64,000 nt of DNA, from positions 1,152,001 to 1,216,000 of the forward strand of contig OZ253580.1 in the NCBI GenBank assembly GCA_965263035.1, in the 5' to 3' direction. Source of the stretch: Acidobacteriota bacterium. Its GTDB lineage: Bacteria > Acidobacteriota > UBA6911 > RPQK01 > JAJDTT01. Every line of letters begins with the position of its first letter. The first letter of the stretch is position 1. Shown here piece after piece: positions 36,998 through 47,392 of the stretch. A model generated the notes under the pieces. The model saw only the letters and a program-made list of their open reading frames with translations, did not search any database and had not been told where the DNA came from. The position numbers and the translations under genes are program-made.

Positions 36998-38041
36998 CTA
37001 CACGATCTGGGGACCCTCGATGGGCTCTTCGGGAGCGTCTTCCAGTCCCAGATCCTCCAGGACGAGCCGGCGGATCTGCTTCAACTCACCTCTCCCCTGG
37101 GGCGTGAGGGTGTTCAACAGGAGCCGGGGCAGATGGTTTCGGAGCCACTGCCGGACGAAATGGCCGGGGATTCCCAGACGGCGGCAGGGCCAGACGATCT
37201 TGTCGGCCACCATGCGGGTGCGCTCCAGAAGCCCGAACGAGGAAATGACCGGCTCGTTGAGTGTGGTCCGATTGAACACCACCAGACAGGCGCCGGCCAG
37301 GAGACTCTCCACCGTCACCACCGACTCGCAGCCGTGCCTGAAATAGGCGTCCTCCGTGCCCCCGCACAGATTCGGCCCGGTCAGGAAGACCTGCCGGGCA
37401 AGATCGCGGGTGAGTATCTTGAATCCGGAGTGGAAATCGGGAAACTCCTCCAGCACCGTGGCGTATTCGAGCCGCAAAGGACGCCCCTGGACCGTGGCGG
37501 AATAGGCCAGGGCGTCCAGTAGAACGCGGTCCGCCAATTCCTCCATCTCGCCCCGCATGAGACCCATGGGCCGATGCCTGGTGATTCTTCTCCCCAGCAC
37601 CAGGATCTCCAGATCCGGTTCCCGCCGGCGCGCGTATTGGGCCGACCGGATCCCGTTGGCGAGCTCGTGAGGAAAGTGGTCCCCGTCCGCGTCCAGCGAG
37701 GCCAGATAGTCATGGCCGCCTTCCTCCAGCAACACCTCCATGCCCCGCCGCACGGCTTGGAGTTTCCCTTTGTTCCGGGGGCACCAGGTGAGCCGGACCT
37801 GGAACCGGCGGGACAGGATCTCCCCAATGTCTCTCCCGTAGGGTTCGCCGTCCACGCTCAAACAGACGGACTCGGGCCGTTCGACTTGGCGGACGCAGGC
37901 ATCAACGGTGTCCGCCAGCAGGTCGTGACCCACCTGCCGATCCACCCCGGGTGGAAAGAAAACGGGAATGACGATGCCGGTCGACGTGCGCACCGCCTCC
38001 GAGCTGGAGCGGAAGGAGTGAGGCTGGATCATGTCTGACAT
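36998..38041 (-). CDS. Glycosyltransferase family 2-like protein
   Basis: GIVIPVF, SVDG, NKGKLQAVRRG, LDADGDH (DxD), DFHSGFK. Confidence 0.75.
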   Translation of the reverse strand: MSDMIQPHSFRSSSEAVRTSTGIVIPVFFPPGVDRQVGHDLLADTVDACVRQVERPESVCLSVDGEPYGRDIGEILSRRFQVRLTWCPRNKGKLQAVRRGMEVLLEEGGHDYLASLDADGDHFPHELANGIRSAQYARRREPDLEILVLGRRITRHRPMGLMRGEMEELADRVLLDALAYSATVQGRPLRLEYATVLEEFPDFHSGFKILTRDLARQVFLTGPNLCGGTEDAYFRHGCESVVTVESLLAGACLVVFNRTTLNEPVISSFGLLERTRMVADKIVWPCRRLGIPGHFVRQWLRNHLPRLLLNTLTPQGRGELKQIRRLVLEDLGLEDAPEEPIEGPQIV

Positions 38042-38127
38042 CCGCGGTGCCGAGCCTACCGGATGCTGCCCCCTGCCAACAGCCCCTCAGAAAAGATTCA
38101 CCATCGGCGGCGGCGTTCGCTCCGGCT

Positions 38128-39069
38128 TCACTCCGACTTGATCTGGAGCAGCTTCAGAAGCCTCCGGTCCCTGTCGTCCAGGACTTTCCCCGATTCGTCG
38201 CCGGAATATTCGTAAAAGCCGCCGCCGCTCTTGATGCCCAACCGACCCGATGCCACCAGGGTTTCCAGCAGTCGGAGACCTCCCCGGGCCGCCGACAGGT
38301 GAGGGTTCAAGTTCCGGGTGACGATGTTGAACACGTCCAGGCCGCCCAGATCGGCGATCTCCAGGGGACCCAGCAGAGCCCATCGCATTCCCAATCCGTC
38401 CTTCATCGCCGTATCGATCTCTTCGCTGGTGACGACGCCCTCCTCCACCAGGTGAACCGCCTCCCGGACCACGGCGGCCTGGAGCCGGACGGTGACATAT
38501 CCGGGGACCTCTTTGCGCACCACGATCGGCTGTTTCCCGATCCTGCGGGCCAAGTTCATGACCAAGTCGATGGTCCGGTCGGAGGTGGCCTTTCCCGGGA
38601 TGACCTCCACCAGCGGAATGATGTGGGCGGGATTCAGGAAATGGAGACCGGCAAAACGTTCGGGCGGGGATCCCGCCTCCGCCATCCGGGAGATGCTCAA
38701 CCACGAAGTGTTGGTGGTCAAGATGGCATCGGGACGGCAAATTCGAGTCAAAGAGCGGAAGAGTTGGTTCTTGGCGTCCAGGTCTTCGGCGATGGACTCG
38801 ATCACGAAATCGACCGGGGCCAGGTCGGAAAGCTCCAGCGTGGACTTCAGGCGGGTCATGGAATCTCTGGCTTCCCCAGCCGAAAGGGCGCCCGATTCGA
38901 TGAGGATTTCCTGGTTCCGGCGGACCCCGCCGAGGCCCCGCTCGATGCCGGCGGCCGATCGGTTGTACCAGGTGACTTGGAAGCCCGACTGGGCGAAGAG
39001 CTGGGCGATGCCCGTCCCCATGGTCCCCGCTCCCGCCACTCCGATTCTCCTGATCTGTTCCAAACGCAT
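38128..39069 (-). CDS. 3-hydroxyacyl-CoA (3-hydroxybutyryl-CoA) dehydrogenase
   Basis: GAGTMG, VIESIAE, TNTS, GLHFLNP, LGIKSGGGFYEY. Confidence 0.93.
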   Translation of the reverse strand: MRLEQIRRIGVAGAGTMGTGIAQLFAQSGFQVTWYNRSAAGIERGLGGVRRNQEILIESGALSAGEARDSMTRLKSTLELSDLAPVDFVIESIAEDLDAKNQLFRSLTRICRPDAILTTNTSWLSISRMAEAGSPPERFAGLHFLNPAHIIPLVEVIPGKATSDRTIDLVMNLARRIGKQPIVVRKEVPGYVTVRLQAAVVREAVHLVEEGVVTSEEIDTAMKDGLGMRWALLGPLEIADLGGLDVFNIVTRNLNPHLSAARGGLRLLETLVASGRLGIKSGGGFYEYSGDESGKVLDDRDRRLLKLLQIKSE

Positions 39070-39097
39070 ATCCTCCCCTCCGCCGGATCGCGGCCCG

Positions 39098-40441
39098 TTA
39101 CTTGACGTGGAAATCGATCATCCTTTCGATGGCTTCCCTGCAGACCGGACAGAATTCGGGCTCATTGCGGCTGAACATCACGCAAGTCAATGCTGGACGA
39201 TAAAGCCCCATGGAGGTGTAGCTGGCTCCTTCGAAAGCGCCGACGACCCCCGCATAAGGCTCCATCTGCAAAACTTTCGGCGCAGCAACCGAATTCTTTT
39301 CGTTATCGCGGCTCCTGAGCTCGTGCCCCTGCTTGTCCCACGGAGTGGGAAGCGGCGTTTCCTCCTGCACCAGATGGCCCCATTTGAGCCGGGCCGGGTC
39401 CAGCAGAGCCGTGATGTTCGGCTCCCAAGGCTCCACGCCGGGCGCCATCAGGTCCAGATAGGCCACGGTCGAGGTGAAGTACTCGTCTCCAAGACCGGCG
39501 AAGAGATGCCCGAACTCGTGCACCAGTAGGTGGGAGCTGTAGGAAGAATCCGCGGCGACCGCCGCATACAGGTTGAAAATCCCCCCTCCTCCGTACTCCT
39601 GGTTATTGACCAGGATGACCACGAAGTCACTGGGAACGGACGCCGCCGCGTTCCGCCAGGCCCGCTCGTCGGTGGTCAGGATGTAGCGCTTCAACCCAAG
39701 CGCATCGTAACGGGCGCCCAGGGGCGAATTCCTGACAACGCCGGCGCCGGGCCGGGACACGCCCGCGGCCACCGCGGGCGTAAAGAGACTCCGGACGTTG
39801 AAGTCGGTCCGGCGGGAGGCGAAGGGTTCGACCCGGAAGAGGGCTTCGGCGAGGCGCCGGCTGTCCCGCCTGAACTTTTCTTCTTCCGGATACCCGTCTC
39901 CCAGAAAGAGGAGGTCCACCTTGTCGGAAGAGGGACCGTTTCGCATCAACGTGGTCTCATCGGGGGACGTGGTTGGAGAACGGTCCACCTCGTTGGAGCT
40001 CGGGTCGATGAGAACGTCCCAGACCGGCTGGAACGCCTGTCGCCGGTCCCGCTTGTAGAGCTCCAACCGGACGGTTCGCCGCGGCTCCGGAAAGCAGACC
40101 GCTTCCGGGAAGGTGCGCCAGATTTCCTGCCTGGCCTCCTCCGTCGTCTCCCACTCCCCGTAGATGCTGGAGAACCCTCGGGAGAACAGGATTCGACCCG
40201 AATCGGGAACCACCAGTTGGAACCGGTATTTGCCCAAGCCTGTCGAATCCAGCAGACGTCGCGGATTTCCGGCCCAGGGGCCTTCGCCCTGAATTCGATC
40301 CAGGCTGAAACGCTCCCTCGAGGCCGTTCCGGTGTGGAAATAGTCGACCCGCATGAGGGCGCCCGTGAAGTCCCGGCGGTAGTCGTCCTCCACTTCCACG
40401 GCCATCCAGGCCATGGCCGCCAAGGCGATCCGAAACTGCAT
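39098..40441 (-). CDS. Peptidase M64 (IgA peptidase family)
   Basis: RVDYFHTG N-domain, KVDLLFLGDGY, YGGGG, VHEFGHLFAGLGDEY, GAFEGA, CVM...FCPVC. ATG 40441 with signal peptide preferred. Confidence 0.9.
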   Translation of the reverse strand: MQFRIALAAMAWMAVEVEDDYRRDFTGALMRVDYFHTGTASRERFSLDRIQGEGPWAGNPRRLLDSTGLGKYRFQLVVPDSGRILFSRGFSSIYGEWETTEEARQEIWRTFPEAVCFPEPRRTVRLELYKRDRRQAFQPVWDVLIDPSSNEVDRSPTTSPDETTLMRNGPSSDKVDLLFLGDGYPEEEKFRRDSRRLAEALFRVEPFASRRTDFNVRSLFTPAVAAGVSRPGAGVVRNSPLGARYDALGLKRYILTTDERAWRNAAASVPSDFVVILVNNQEYGGGGIFNLYAAVAADSSYSSHLLVHEFGHLFAGLGDEYFTSTVAYLDLMAPGVEPWEPNITALLDPARLKWGHLVQEETPLPTPWDKQGHELRSRDNEKNSVAAPKVLQMEPYAGVVGAFEGASYTSMGLYRPALTCVMFSRNEPEFCPVCREAIERMIDFHVK

Positions 40442-40526
40442 CTGTCGTACCCTGTCGGCCGGCGGCGAGAGGCGTTCCGGTGCCCGGCCCCCAATGCAAT
40501 CCGGAGGAGAGCGTTTCGCCGCGGCT

Positions 40527-41429
40527 TCAGCTCGATTCGAAGCGGGCGAGAATCTCCATGAGCGAAAGCGGGTCGACCCGGGCTTTCCGGAGCCGAACGG
40601 ACCAATGAAGGTGCGGACCCGTGACCCGGCCCGTGGACCCGACATGACCGATGAGGTCTCCCCGCTCCACGCGGTCACCCTTCTTGACCGTAAAATTATC
40701 GAGGTGGGCGAAATAGGAATACAAGCCCTGGCCGTGGTCCAGAATCACCGTGTTTCCCGCATAGTAAAGATCCTGGACCAGAACCGTCACCCCGGCGTTG
40801 GGACTCTTGACCGGAGTGCCCCGGGAGGCGCGAAAGTCGGTCCCGCTATGAGGGCTCCGAGGCTTTCCGTTGAGGATGCTCCTCTTTCCGAAACTGCTGT
40901 TGGCGCGTCCCGGAACGGGCCGGAGGAAGAATCCGGACCAGTGCCTCTCGCTACCCACTTCGGCGAATATCCCGGAGACGAGCCGCGATTCCCGTTTGAT
41001 TCTGGCCAGGGACGCTTTGGGAGGAGTCACGAATTTTTCAGGCAGATTGAGCTTGCGCGTCGGGAAATTCTTCTTCTTGACCGTGATGCCGTGATCCGCC
41101 CGGGCAAAAATGCGGTCCTGCCCGTAGAGGTCGAACCGAAGGACATAGCCTCCCGGCTTGGTATTCAGATCGATTCCAACCAGGGCCCACCAGTTGGCCG
41201 GAACTCCTCCCAAGCCGGGCTCAAGCGGCAGGTTCTGCTGGAACACCCGCACTGCGACCCGGTCCACGCGGCGGGGAGCGGTCAGGGTGACCAGCATCAC
41301 CTCCCCCGGCTGGAAAGCTCTGGCGAGTGGAGTGATCCGGACGCCCTCCGGTGCATCGTCCGTGACCGGGGGCGGTTGTCCGAACGCGGGTCCGCTCAGG
41401 AGCAACAGCAAGCAAGGGAGGATTCGCAT
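40527..41429 (-). CDS. M23 family metallopeptidase
   Basis: HSGTDF, ILDHGQG, STGRVTGPHLHW; signal peptide. Confidence 0.93.
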   Translation of the reverse strand: MRILPCLLLLLSGPAFGQPPPVTDDAPEGVRITPLARAFQPGEVMLVTLTAPRRVDRVAVRVFQQNLPLEPGLGGVPANWWALVGIDLNTKPGGYVLRFDLYGQDRIFARADHGITVKKKNFPTRKLNLPEKFVTPPKASLARIKRESRLVSGIFAEVGSERHWSGFFLRPVPGRANSSFGKRSILNGKPRSPHSGTDFRASRGTPVKSPNAGVTVLVQDLYYAGNTVILDHGQGLYSYFAHLDNFTVKKGDRVERGDLIGHVGSTGRVTGPHLHWSVRLRKARVDPLSLMEILARFESS

Positions 41430-41563
41430 GACGTGCCGCGACAATATCACGGCAGTCTGATGTCAAAGGATTCTGCTCCAAAGGTCTGGCCCCCGGGGAC
41501 TCCCCCCGCCCCGGGGGACTCCAGCTCGTTCAGCCAGTTTGTCTTCGGGAGCTGCGTGCGCCG

Positions 41564-42766
41564 TCAGAAATATTGCTTGAAACCGAAGAAGAGAGTCCGG
41601 GGTACCCCTCCGTACTCGGTCCCGGGACTGCGCTCCGTTCCAGAACCGGCGCCGAATCCGAGCTGGCCCCCGATCAGGAACTCCGAGTCATTGCCGGTGG
41701 ACCAGGTCAGGGAGGGCAGCCAGAGGAGGGAGCCATCGCTGCCGTTGACGAGTGCGGTGGTGGAAAAGGTGCAAAGAGGGTGCAGGAGCAGAGCCAGCGA
41801 GACCCCTCCATAGAGCCGGCCCGTCCCGTTGACCTCCCCCCGGGATATCCGGTCCGAGTCGTAGTAGAGAGGGTACTCTCCGGGCGAGGCGGTTCCATAC
41901 CCGTTATAGGCTCCCTCCAGAATCAGGGTCAGGTAAGGCGTCAACTGCCGATCGACTCCCACCGAACCTCGCCAGAAGGACTCCCGGTTCCGTTCCGCAT
42001 CCGCCCCGTCTCCCGACCGTGTCCAACTGACCTCACCCCGCAAGCCGGTCCCGGCAAGGTCCGAAGTCAAGAAAAGGCCGGCGACGTCATCACCGTGGAA
42101 ACTGCCCCCCATGACCCCCACGTCCACCGCACCGGCGTTCAGCCGAAGTTGGAACCCGGCAGCGCCGTCCTCTCCGGGCTCAGGACCCAGTGAGGCGGCC
42201 ACGACCTCCAACTCGGAGAACTGCCCCAGGCGCAAAACCCCACGAACGGCATCGATGCCGGGCTTGTAGTCGCGGTCGAGGCGCTGGGGAGCGAAGGGAG
42301 CGAAGAGGTCCAGAGCCGGCCAGAAGTAACTGACACCCCAAGTGAGTGCCTGCCTCCCCACGATAACGTTCAGCGCGTCGAACTCCACCTCCACGTTCAG
42401 GCGATCGAAAGCGGCCAACAGGCGCCCCTCCGGCCGGTTCATCAGGCGGTTCTCCAACGGCAGATAGAGGGCCGCCGAGGAATCAGCGAGATCGGCCGAA
42501 GTGGACAAGGGAGGAGAAAGGAAATTCAGTATGACGTGGGATTCGACGCGGGCCCGTCGGGAGAGTTCCAGATCGGAGGTCAGCCGGAGTATGGCCAGCT
42601 CGGAATCACGCCTGGCTGCCGGTGCCGTCCTCTCTCTCAGGAAGAGATAGGACCGGATCGATCCACCCCAGTCCAGATCCTGGGCCTGGAGCCCAAGCGT
42701 GGCCAACAGCCAGAACGGAGGAAGCAGCCGCAGCCATGACCACGTGTTAACGCCTTTCGTCGGCAT
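41564..42766 (-). CDS. Probable outer-membrane beta-barrel protein
   Basis: Signal peptide, VGRQALTWG, DYKPGIDAVR, amphipathic strands, C-terminal Phe (GFKQYF). Confidence 0.7.
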   Translation of the reverse strand: MPTKGVNTWSWLRLLPPFWLLATLGLQAQDLDWGGSIRSYLFLRERTAPAARRDSELAILRLTSDLELSRRARVESHVILNFLSPPLSTSADLADSSAALYLPLENRLMNRPEGRLLAAFDRLNVEVEFDALNVIVGRQALTWGVSYFWPALDLFAPFAPQRLDRDYKPGIDAVRGVLRLGQFSELEVVAASLGPEPGEDGAAGFQLRLNAGAVDVGVMGGSFHGDDVAGLFLTSDLAGTGLRGEVSWTRSGDGADAERNRESFWRGSVGVDRQLTPYLTLILEGAYNGYGTASPGEYPLYYDSDRISRGEVNGTGRLYGGVSLALLLHPLCTFSTTALVNGSDGSLLWLPSLTWSTGNDSEFLIGGQLGFGAGSGTERSPGTEYGGVPRTLFFGFKQYF

Positions 42767-43448
42767 CGACTTCCCCATCCACCAAGCGGATGGTTCTCCT
42801 GGCCCGTTCCATGACCCTGGGATCGTGGGTGGAGAAGATGAAGGTCGTCCCGTTGTCCCGGTTGAGCCTTTCCATCAGATCCAGCAGGGAGAGGGCCGTG
42901 CGGCTGTCCAGGTTGGCCGTGGGCTCATCGGCCAGAATCAGCGGTGGCTCCGCCACCACCGCACGCGCCACCGCCACCCGCTGCTGTTGTCCCCCGGAGA
43001 GCTGGTCCGGCTTTCGGTCTTCCAGTCCATCCAATCCTACCTCCTCCAGAATGGCCCGGACCTTTTCCCGGCGTTGGCGACGGGGGACTCCTCGAAGCAG
43101 GAGAATGAATTCGGCGTTTTCCTCCACCGTCAGCACCGGCAACAGATTGTTGGCCTGAAAGATGAAGCCGACCCGCTCGAGCCGGAGCCGAGTCAGTTGT
43201 TTGCGGCTTCTCTGCGCCAGATCGATCCCTTGCAGACGAACGCGGCCGCCGGTGGGATGGTCGATTCCACAGGAGACGTTGAGCAAGGTGGTCTTGCCCG
43301 ATCCGGATGGACCCGCGACGGCCACCAGTTCGCCACTCCGGACGGTCAGGCTGACCTGCCGCAGGGCGTGGACCGTCTGCTCCCCTTGCCGGTAGACGCG
43401 CGAGACGTCCTCGAGCCGAAGCAGGTCCGATTCGCTGGCATGGAGCAT
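42747..43448 (-). CDS. ABC transporter ATP-binding protein (LolD/MacB-like)
   Basis: GPSGSGKTT, LSGGQQQRVAVAR, LADEPTANLD, STHD. Confidence 0.95.
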   Translation of the reverse strand: MLHASESDLLRLEDVSRVYRQGEQTVHALRQVSLTVRSGELVAVAGPSGSGKTTLLNVSCGIDHPTGGRVRLQGIDLAQRSRKQLTRLRLERVGFIFQANNLLPVLTVEENAEFILLLRGVPRRQRREKVRAILEEVGLDGLEDRKPDQLSGGQQQRVAVARAVVAEPPLILADEPTANLDSRTALSLLDLMERLNRDNGTTFIFSTHDPRVMERARRTIRLVDGEVDADERR

Positions 43449-43450
43449 GG

Positions 43451-44707
43451 TCACATCCGTCCCAACAGCTGGACGCTGACCCGGCGGCCCGCGCGCCATG
43501 CCGGAGCCAGGGCCAGAACCAGGGTCAAAAACACGATGACGGCAGCGGAGGCAAAGACTCGTTCGGCCGATAACCGCGAGTAGAGTACCGGGTCCATCAC
43601 CGCTCCGGCGGCGGAAAGCTCCCCTTCCCCTTCGTAGAAGGCGTCCAGGGGCAGCCCGGCGGATTCCAGGTACAAGTGTGCACCGTATCCCAGGCCCATG
43701 CCCACGGCCGTCGAGAGCAGGGCCAACAGGACCGCCTCGGTGAACATCATGAAGAACCGGCCGGCAGGGGCTAGGCCCAGCGCGTCCAGGAGAGCAAACT
43801 CCCGCCTCCGTTCCAGCGCCGACATCAGCAGCGTGTTGAGGACCACGAAGGCGATGAGGAGAAGGAAGATGCCGTTGAACAGGTAGTTTCCGGCATCGTC
43901 GATGCGTATGAATTCGGTGAGCTCCGGCATGGCCTCCGTCCAGTCCAGCACTTCGGCCGAGTCGGGCAGGAGATTCCGGCCGCGCCGGGCCAGCACTCCC
44001 GCTGCTTCGACGTCTTCCAGAAAGACGGCGATCTGATGGACCTGACCGGGCAGCAGCAACAGCTCCTGGGCAACGTCCAACGGGACGATCACCAGTCGCT
44101 GGTCCAGATCCTCCAATCCTGTCTGCAGGATTCCGCGGACCCTGAGGAGCCGGGACTGGAGTTCGGAGCTGCCCGAGGCCTGGGAGAGGACCACGAACTT
44201 CGAGCCCAGACCGACCCGGAGCTTTCTGGCCACACCGGCGCCGACCACAGCCTGGCCTCCTGAGCCGGGGCGCAGAAACTCTCCCGCCACCAGCTTCTCG
44301 CCGAACTTGGAGGCCTCACTCTCGGGCCCGGGCTGGGTGCCGATGATCCGGACCCCCGTGGAGCCGTCGGCAGAGGATGCGAGCCCCGAGGCAAGGACTC
44401 GCTCCACCACGGTCTGAACCGGCGAGTCGTGGCTCGGCTGCTCGATCCAGTCTCGGACCCGGGACCGGATCCCCTCTCCCAACGCTCTCTGAACGCCGCC
44501 GTGGGCGTGATAACCCTGGCTCTGGATCAGAACGTGACCGGAACCCATGCGGACGGCATTGTCGATCATCTGGAGATGGCTGCCGTCTCCCAGGCCCAGG
44601 GTGACCAGCAGCAACGCCAGACCCAGCGCCACCGTGACCACGGTGAGTATGGTCCGGCGCCGATTGCGTCCCAGATTTCTCCAGGCCAGCTTGAAGACGA
44701 TCTTCAT
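43451..44707 (-). CDS. FtsX/LolE-like ABC permease
   Basis: LAWRNLGRNRRRT, NTLLMSALERRREF; 4-TM layout with a large periplasmic loop. Confidence 0.9.
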   Translation of the reverse strand: MKIVFKLAWRNLGRNRRRTILTVVTVALGLALLLVTLGLGDGSHLQMIDNAVRMGSGHVLIQSQGYHAHGGVQRALGEGIRSRVRDWIEQPSHDSPVQTVVERVLASGLASSADGSTGVRIIGTQPGPESEASKFGEKLVAGEFLRPGSGGQAVVGAGVARKLRVGLGSKFVVLSQASGSSELQSRLLRVRGILQTGLEDLDQRLVIVPLDVAQELLLLPGQVHQIAVFLEDVEAAGVLARRGRNLLPDSAEVLDWTEAMPELTEFIRIDDAGNYLFNGIFLLLIAFVVLNTLLMSALERRREFALLDALGLAPAGRFFMMFTEAVLLALLSTAVGMGLGYGAHLYLESAGLPLDAFYEGEGELSAAGAVMDPVLYSRLSAERVFASAAVIVFLTLVLALAPAWRAGRRVSVQLLGRM

Positions 44708-44711
44708 GCCG

Positions 44712-45959
44712 TCAGGCCTTCGACAGATTCCTCATGGCCAGGACCGGACTCACGAACGCGGCCCGCAGAGCCGGGAGCAGCGAGGCGATGACGGTCGCCA
44801 GAACCAACCCCACCGCCGGCCACCACACGGCGTTCCACGACCAGACGACGGGAATCACAGGATCCATCCGGGTTTCCAGCATTGAGATCTCGCCCATCCA
44901 GGATCGCAGGTCCAGCCCGGTGGCACTCAGGTGCCAGACCAGCAGGCTGCCCAGCGCCAGGCCCACGCCCAGGCCGACCGCCGCCAGAGCCAGACTCTCG
45001 GAAAGGACGGTGAGGACCACCCGGGCCGGGCGCATGCCCAGGGCCGAGAGCATCCCCAGCTCCCGAACCCGCTCGAAAACCGACATGAGCATGGTGTTCA
45101 AGACACCCAACGCCGCGAAAAGAGCCACCAGGCCGATCATGAACACGTAGCTGGCGCCCGCCATGTCCAGGTAGTCGCTCAGCGTGGGAAGAAGACTCCT
45201 CCAGCTCCGGGCCACGGCGCCGGGCGGAAGGATTCCCGAATCGTTCAATCTGGCCGCAACCCTCTCAGCGTCGCCGGGGTCGCGAAGCTTGAGCGCAATT
45301 TCGTGAATCCGCTCGGGCGCCAGCGCCAACAGCTCTTGAAGATCCGTCAGGTGGACCAGGGTCAGCGACCGGTCCAGCAACGCCATGCCCGTGTGCAGCG
45401 TGCCCCGATTCCGGTAGAGGTCGTTGCCGATGGTTCCATCGGCGGCCTGGGTCACCAGGGCGATTTCGGTTCCCATGCCGGCAACCAGCTCCTGTTCCAA
45501 GGCTTCCCCCAGAAGCAGGCCCCGTCCCTGGAGATTCTTCTGACTTCCATGCCCCTGCAACCCGCTGACCTGGGCTTCCTGGACGGGGTCAATTCCCACG
45601 ATCGCGACTCCGGAGGAGTATTCGCCCGTGGACGCCAGGCCGGCGGTGTGAATCCGAGCCGTGGCAGCCACCACCTCGGGCTCGTCGAGCAGTCTCTCGG
45701 TGAGGGCCCGCCAGTCGGTTCCCCCGCTGCCTCCCAACGTTTCGTACAGGTCCCGGTCGGGCAGATAGTCCTGGTGTTGGATCTGGACGTGTCCCACCAG
45801 GAGATCGGTGCCGTTGTCGACCATCTGGACCAGCATGCCTTCGGTGAGACTGACCAGGAACATCAACACGGCGTACCCGGAGGCCAGGCCGCCGATGGTG
45901 ATGAGACTGCGGAGAGGGTTTCTCCAGAGATTCCTCCACCCCAGGAGAAACACCATCAT
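44712..45959 (-). CDS. FtsX/LolE-like ABC permease
   Basis: GWRNLWRNPLRS, NTMLMSVFERVRELGMLSALGM. Confidence 0.9.
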   Translation of the reverse strand: MMVFLLGWRNLWRNPLRSLITIGGLASGYAVLMFLVSLTEGMLVQMVDNGTDLLVGHVQIQHQDYLPDRDLYETLGGSGGTDWRALTERLLDEPEVVAATARIHTAGLASTGEYSSGVAIVGIDPVQEAQVSGLQGHGSQKNLQGRGLLLGEALEQELVAGMGTEIALVTQAADGTIGNDLYRNRGTLHTGMALLDRSLTLVHLTDLQELLALAPERIHEIALKLRDPGDAERVAARLNDSGILPPGAVARSWRSLLPTLSDYLDMAGASYVFMIGLVALFAALGVLNTMLMSVFERVRELGMLSALGMRPARVVLTVLSESLALAAVGLGVGLALGSLLVWHLSATGLDLRSWMGEISMLETRMDPVIPVVWSWNAVWWPAVGLVLATVIASLLPALRAAFVSPVLAMRNLSKA

Positions 45960-46762
45960 GGTCTCGCCCGCAGGTTGGCAAGGGAGAAGGTCTTTTCGGT
46001 GATCGGGACGTCAAAGGAGAGGTCCTTGTAGACCATCTCGGTGAACTCCCCCTGCTTGTCCTCGGGAACGATACTCATGCGGGTGGGAATCCGCCGCCCT
46101 CCCATGACAGCGTAGTCCGAGAAGCTCATGGTTCGTTTCAGCGACTCGTCCTCGCCATAGTAGCGCGCCCAGACCGGCAACAGGTCCGCCTGCCGGACCC
46201 GGTAGACGATCCGGCCCCAGACCACCGCTGCCTCCGGCTTGGGAACGAGCTCGAACTCCCAGACCGGAATCCCCTCCCGCTCTCCTTCGAAGGAGATCCG
46301 GATGCCGTAGTCTCGAACCAGGCGGCTCTCCTTGACCAGATCGTCGTTGGTGAGATGGGACCCCATCCAGGAGCCCATCATCATGGACATGGGGACGCGG
46401 ATGACCCGCTCGATCTTGGACAGGTAGTTCCACATGTTGGAACCCACCCGCAAGGTGGCGGTGCCGCGGTTCTTCCTGGGAGCCAGGATCCGAATCAGGG
46501 CCTTGTCGGTTCCCTGGGACCAGATCTGGAGGGTCATGCTGCGGTTCCATCTCCGGGTCGCCACCTTCATCTCCACGGTTCCCTTTGAAGACTCTCCGCG
46601 CATCATCTGGTCGACCCGGTCCATGATCTCCCGCGCCCGATCCTGCCGGATCGACGGCGAGGCTTGGTTCGAAGACGGCTGGACCAGGGCCAGCGATGAG
46701 ACGGCGATGAGCAGGAGGAGAAGGCCCCCCGGCAGTGACGGATTCCGCGTCGTGTGTTTCAC
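45956..46762 (-). CDS. Outer membrane lipoprotein-sorting (LolA-like) protein
   Basis: KALIRILAP..GTATLR..NMWNY..SMMMGSWMGSHLTNDDL..FSLANL. Confidence 0.85.
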   Translation of the reverse strand: MKHTTRNPSLPGGLLLLLIAVSSLALVQPSSNQASPSIRQDRAREIMDRVDQMMRGESSKGTVEMKVATRRWNRSMTLQIWSQGTDKALIRILAPRKNRGTATLRVGSNMWNYLSKIERVIRVPMSMMMGSWMGSHLTNDDLVKESRLVRDYGIRISFEGEREGIPVWEFELVPKPEAAVVWGRIVYRVRQADLLPVWARYYGEDESLKRTMSFSDYAVMGGRRIPTRMSIVPEDKQGEFTEMVYKDLSFDVPITEKTFSLANLRARP

Positions 46763-46772
46763 GGCGGCGGCT

Positions 46773-47378
46773 TCAACCGCGGGGACGGATGGTGCCCAGA
46801 AACGCCAGGAAGTCCTGGTGCCACTTGTCGATGGTTTTCCGGGGTCCGGTGAGCTTGAAGAACCAGGGTCCCGACGGCGTCTGGGCGATGGCGGCCAGCA
46901 TCCGATAGCCCTTCCTGGGATCTCCCGGCCGCATCATGGGACCCGACGATGGACGGTAGCTGCCCGAGACGTCCACCAAGATCAGCGAGACTCCATTGGC
47001 TGTCTGAGACGTGATCTCGGCAGCGGGCGGGCCACCGGCGGTTTCGTCCGGACTGAACTGCCCGACCCAGCGTTTGATGTTGGCCTCGGCCGAGCCCCCC
47101 TGCCCGGGGAAGTGAAACACGACCAGCTCGCCGTCTTCGGGGTCCCCGCCCACGCGGGGAAGGCGATACTGGGCCTTCCGCATCGAGGACGCCGGTGTTT
47201 CCGCGATCCATCCGTCGGGAGCTGAGAAGAGGAGGCCTCCGGAAGCGGCCGCCGCCGCGACCGTCCCGGGAGAGACCGGACCGCCGGCGGGGGGCTCCTC
47301 CAGGTTCCTGGAACAGTGATTCAGGGCCAGGAACAGCAGCGGTCCGAAAACCCCGAGAACGAGATGTTTCTGTCTCAT
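46773..47378 (-). CDS. Hypothetical lipoprotein
   Basis: Signal peptide with Cys; GGSAEANIKRWVGQF, YRMLAAI, WFFKLTGP. Confidence 0.7.
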   Translation of the reverse strand: MRQKHLVLGVFGPLLFLALNHCSRNLEEPPAGGPVSPGTVAAAAASGGLLFSAPDGWIAETPASSMRKAQYRLPRVGGDPEDGELVVFHFPGQGGSAEANIKRWVGQFSPDETAGGPPAAEITSQTANGVSLILVDVSGSYRPSSGPMMRPGDPRKGYRMLAAIAQTPSGPWFFKLTGPRKTIDKWHQDFLAFLGTIRPRG

Positions 47379-47392
47379 GTCAACCTCCGTCT

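Noticed and set aside
41489-41522. Short direct repeat CCCCGGGG(G)ACTCC x2
   Set aside because: Only two short GC-rich units; not an array and no terminator U-tract.
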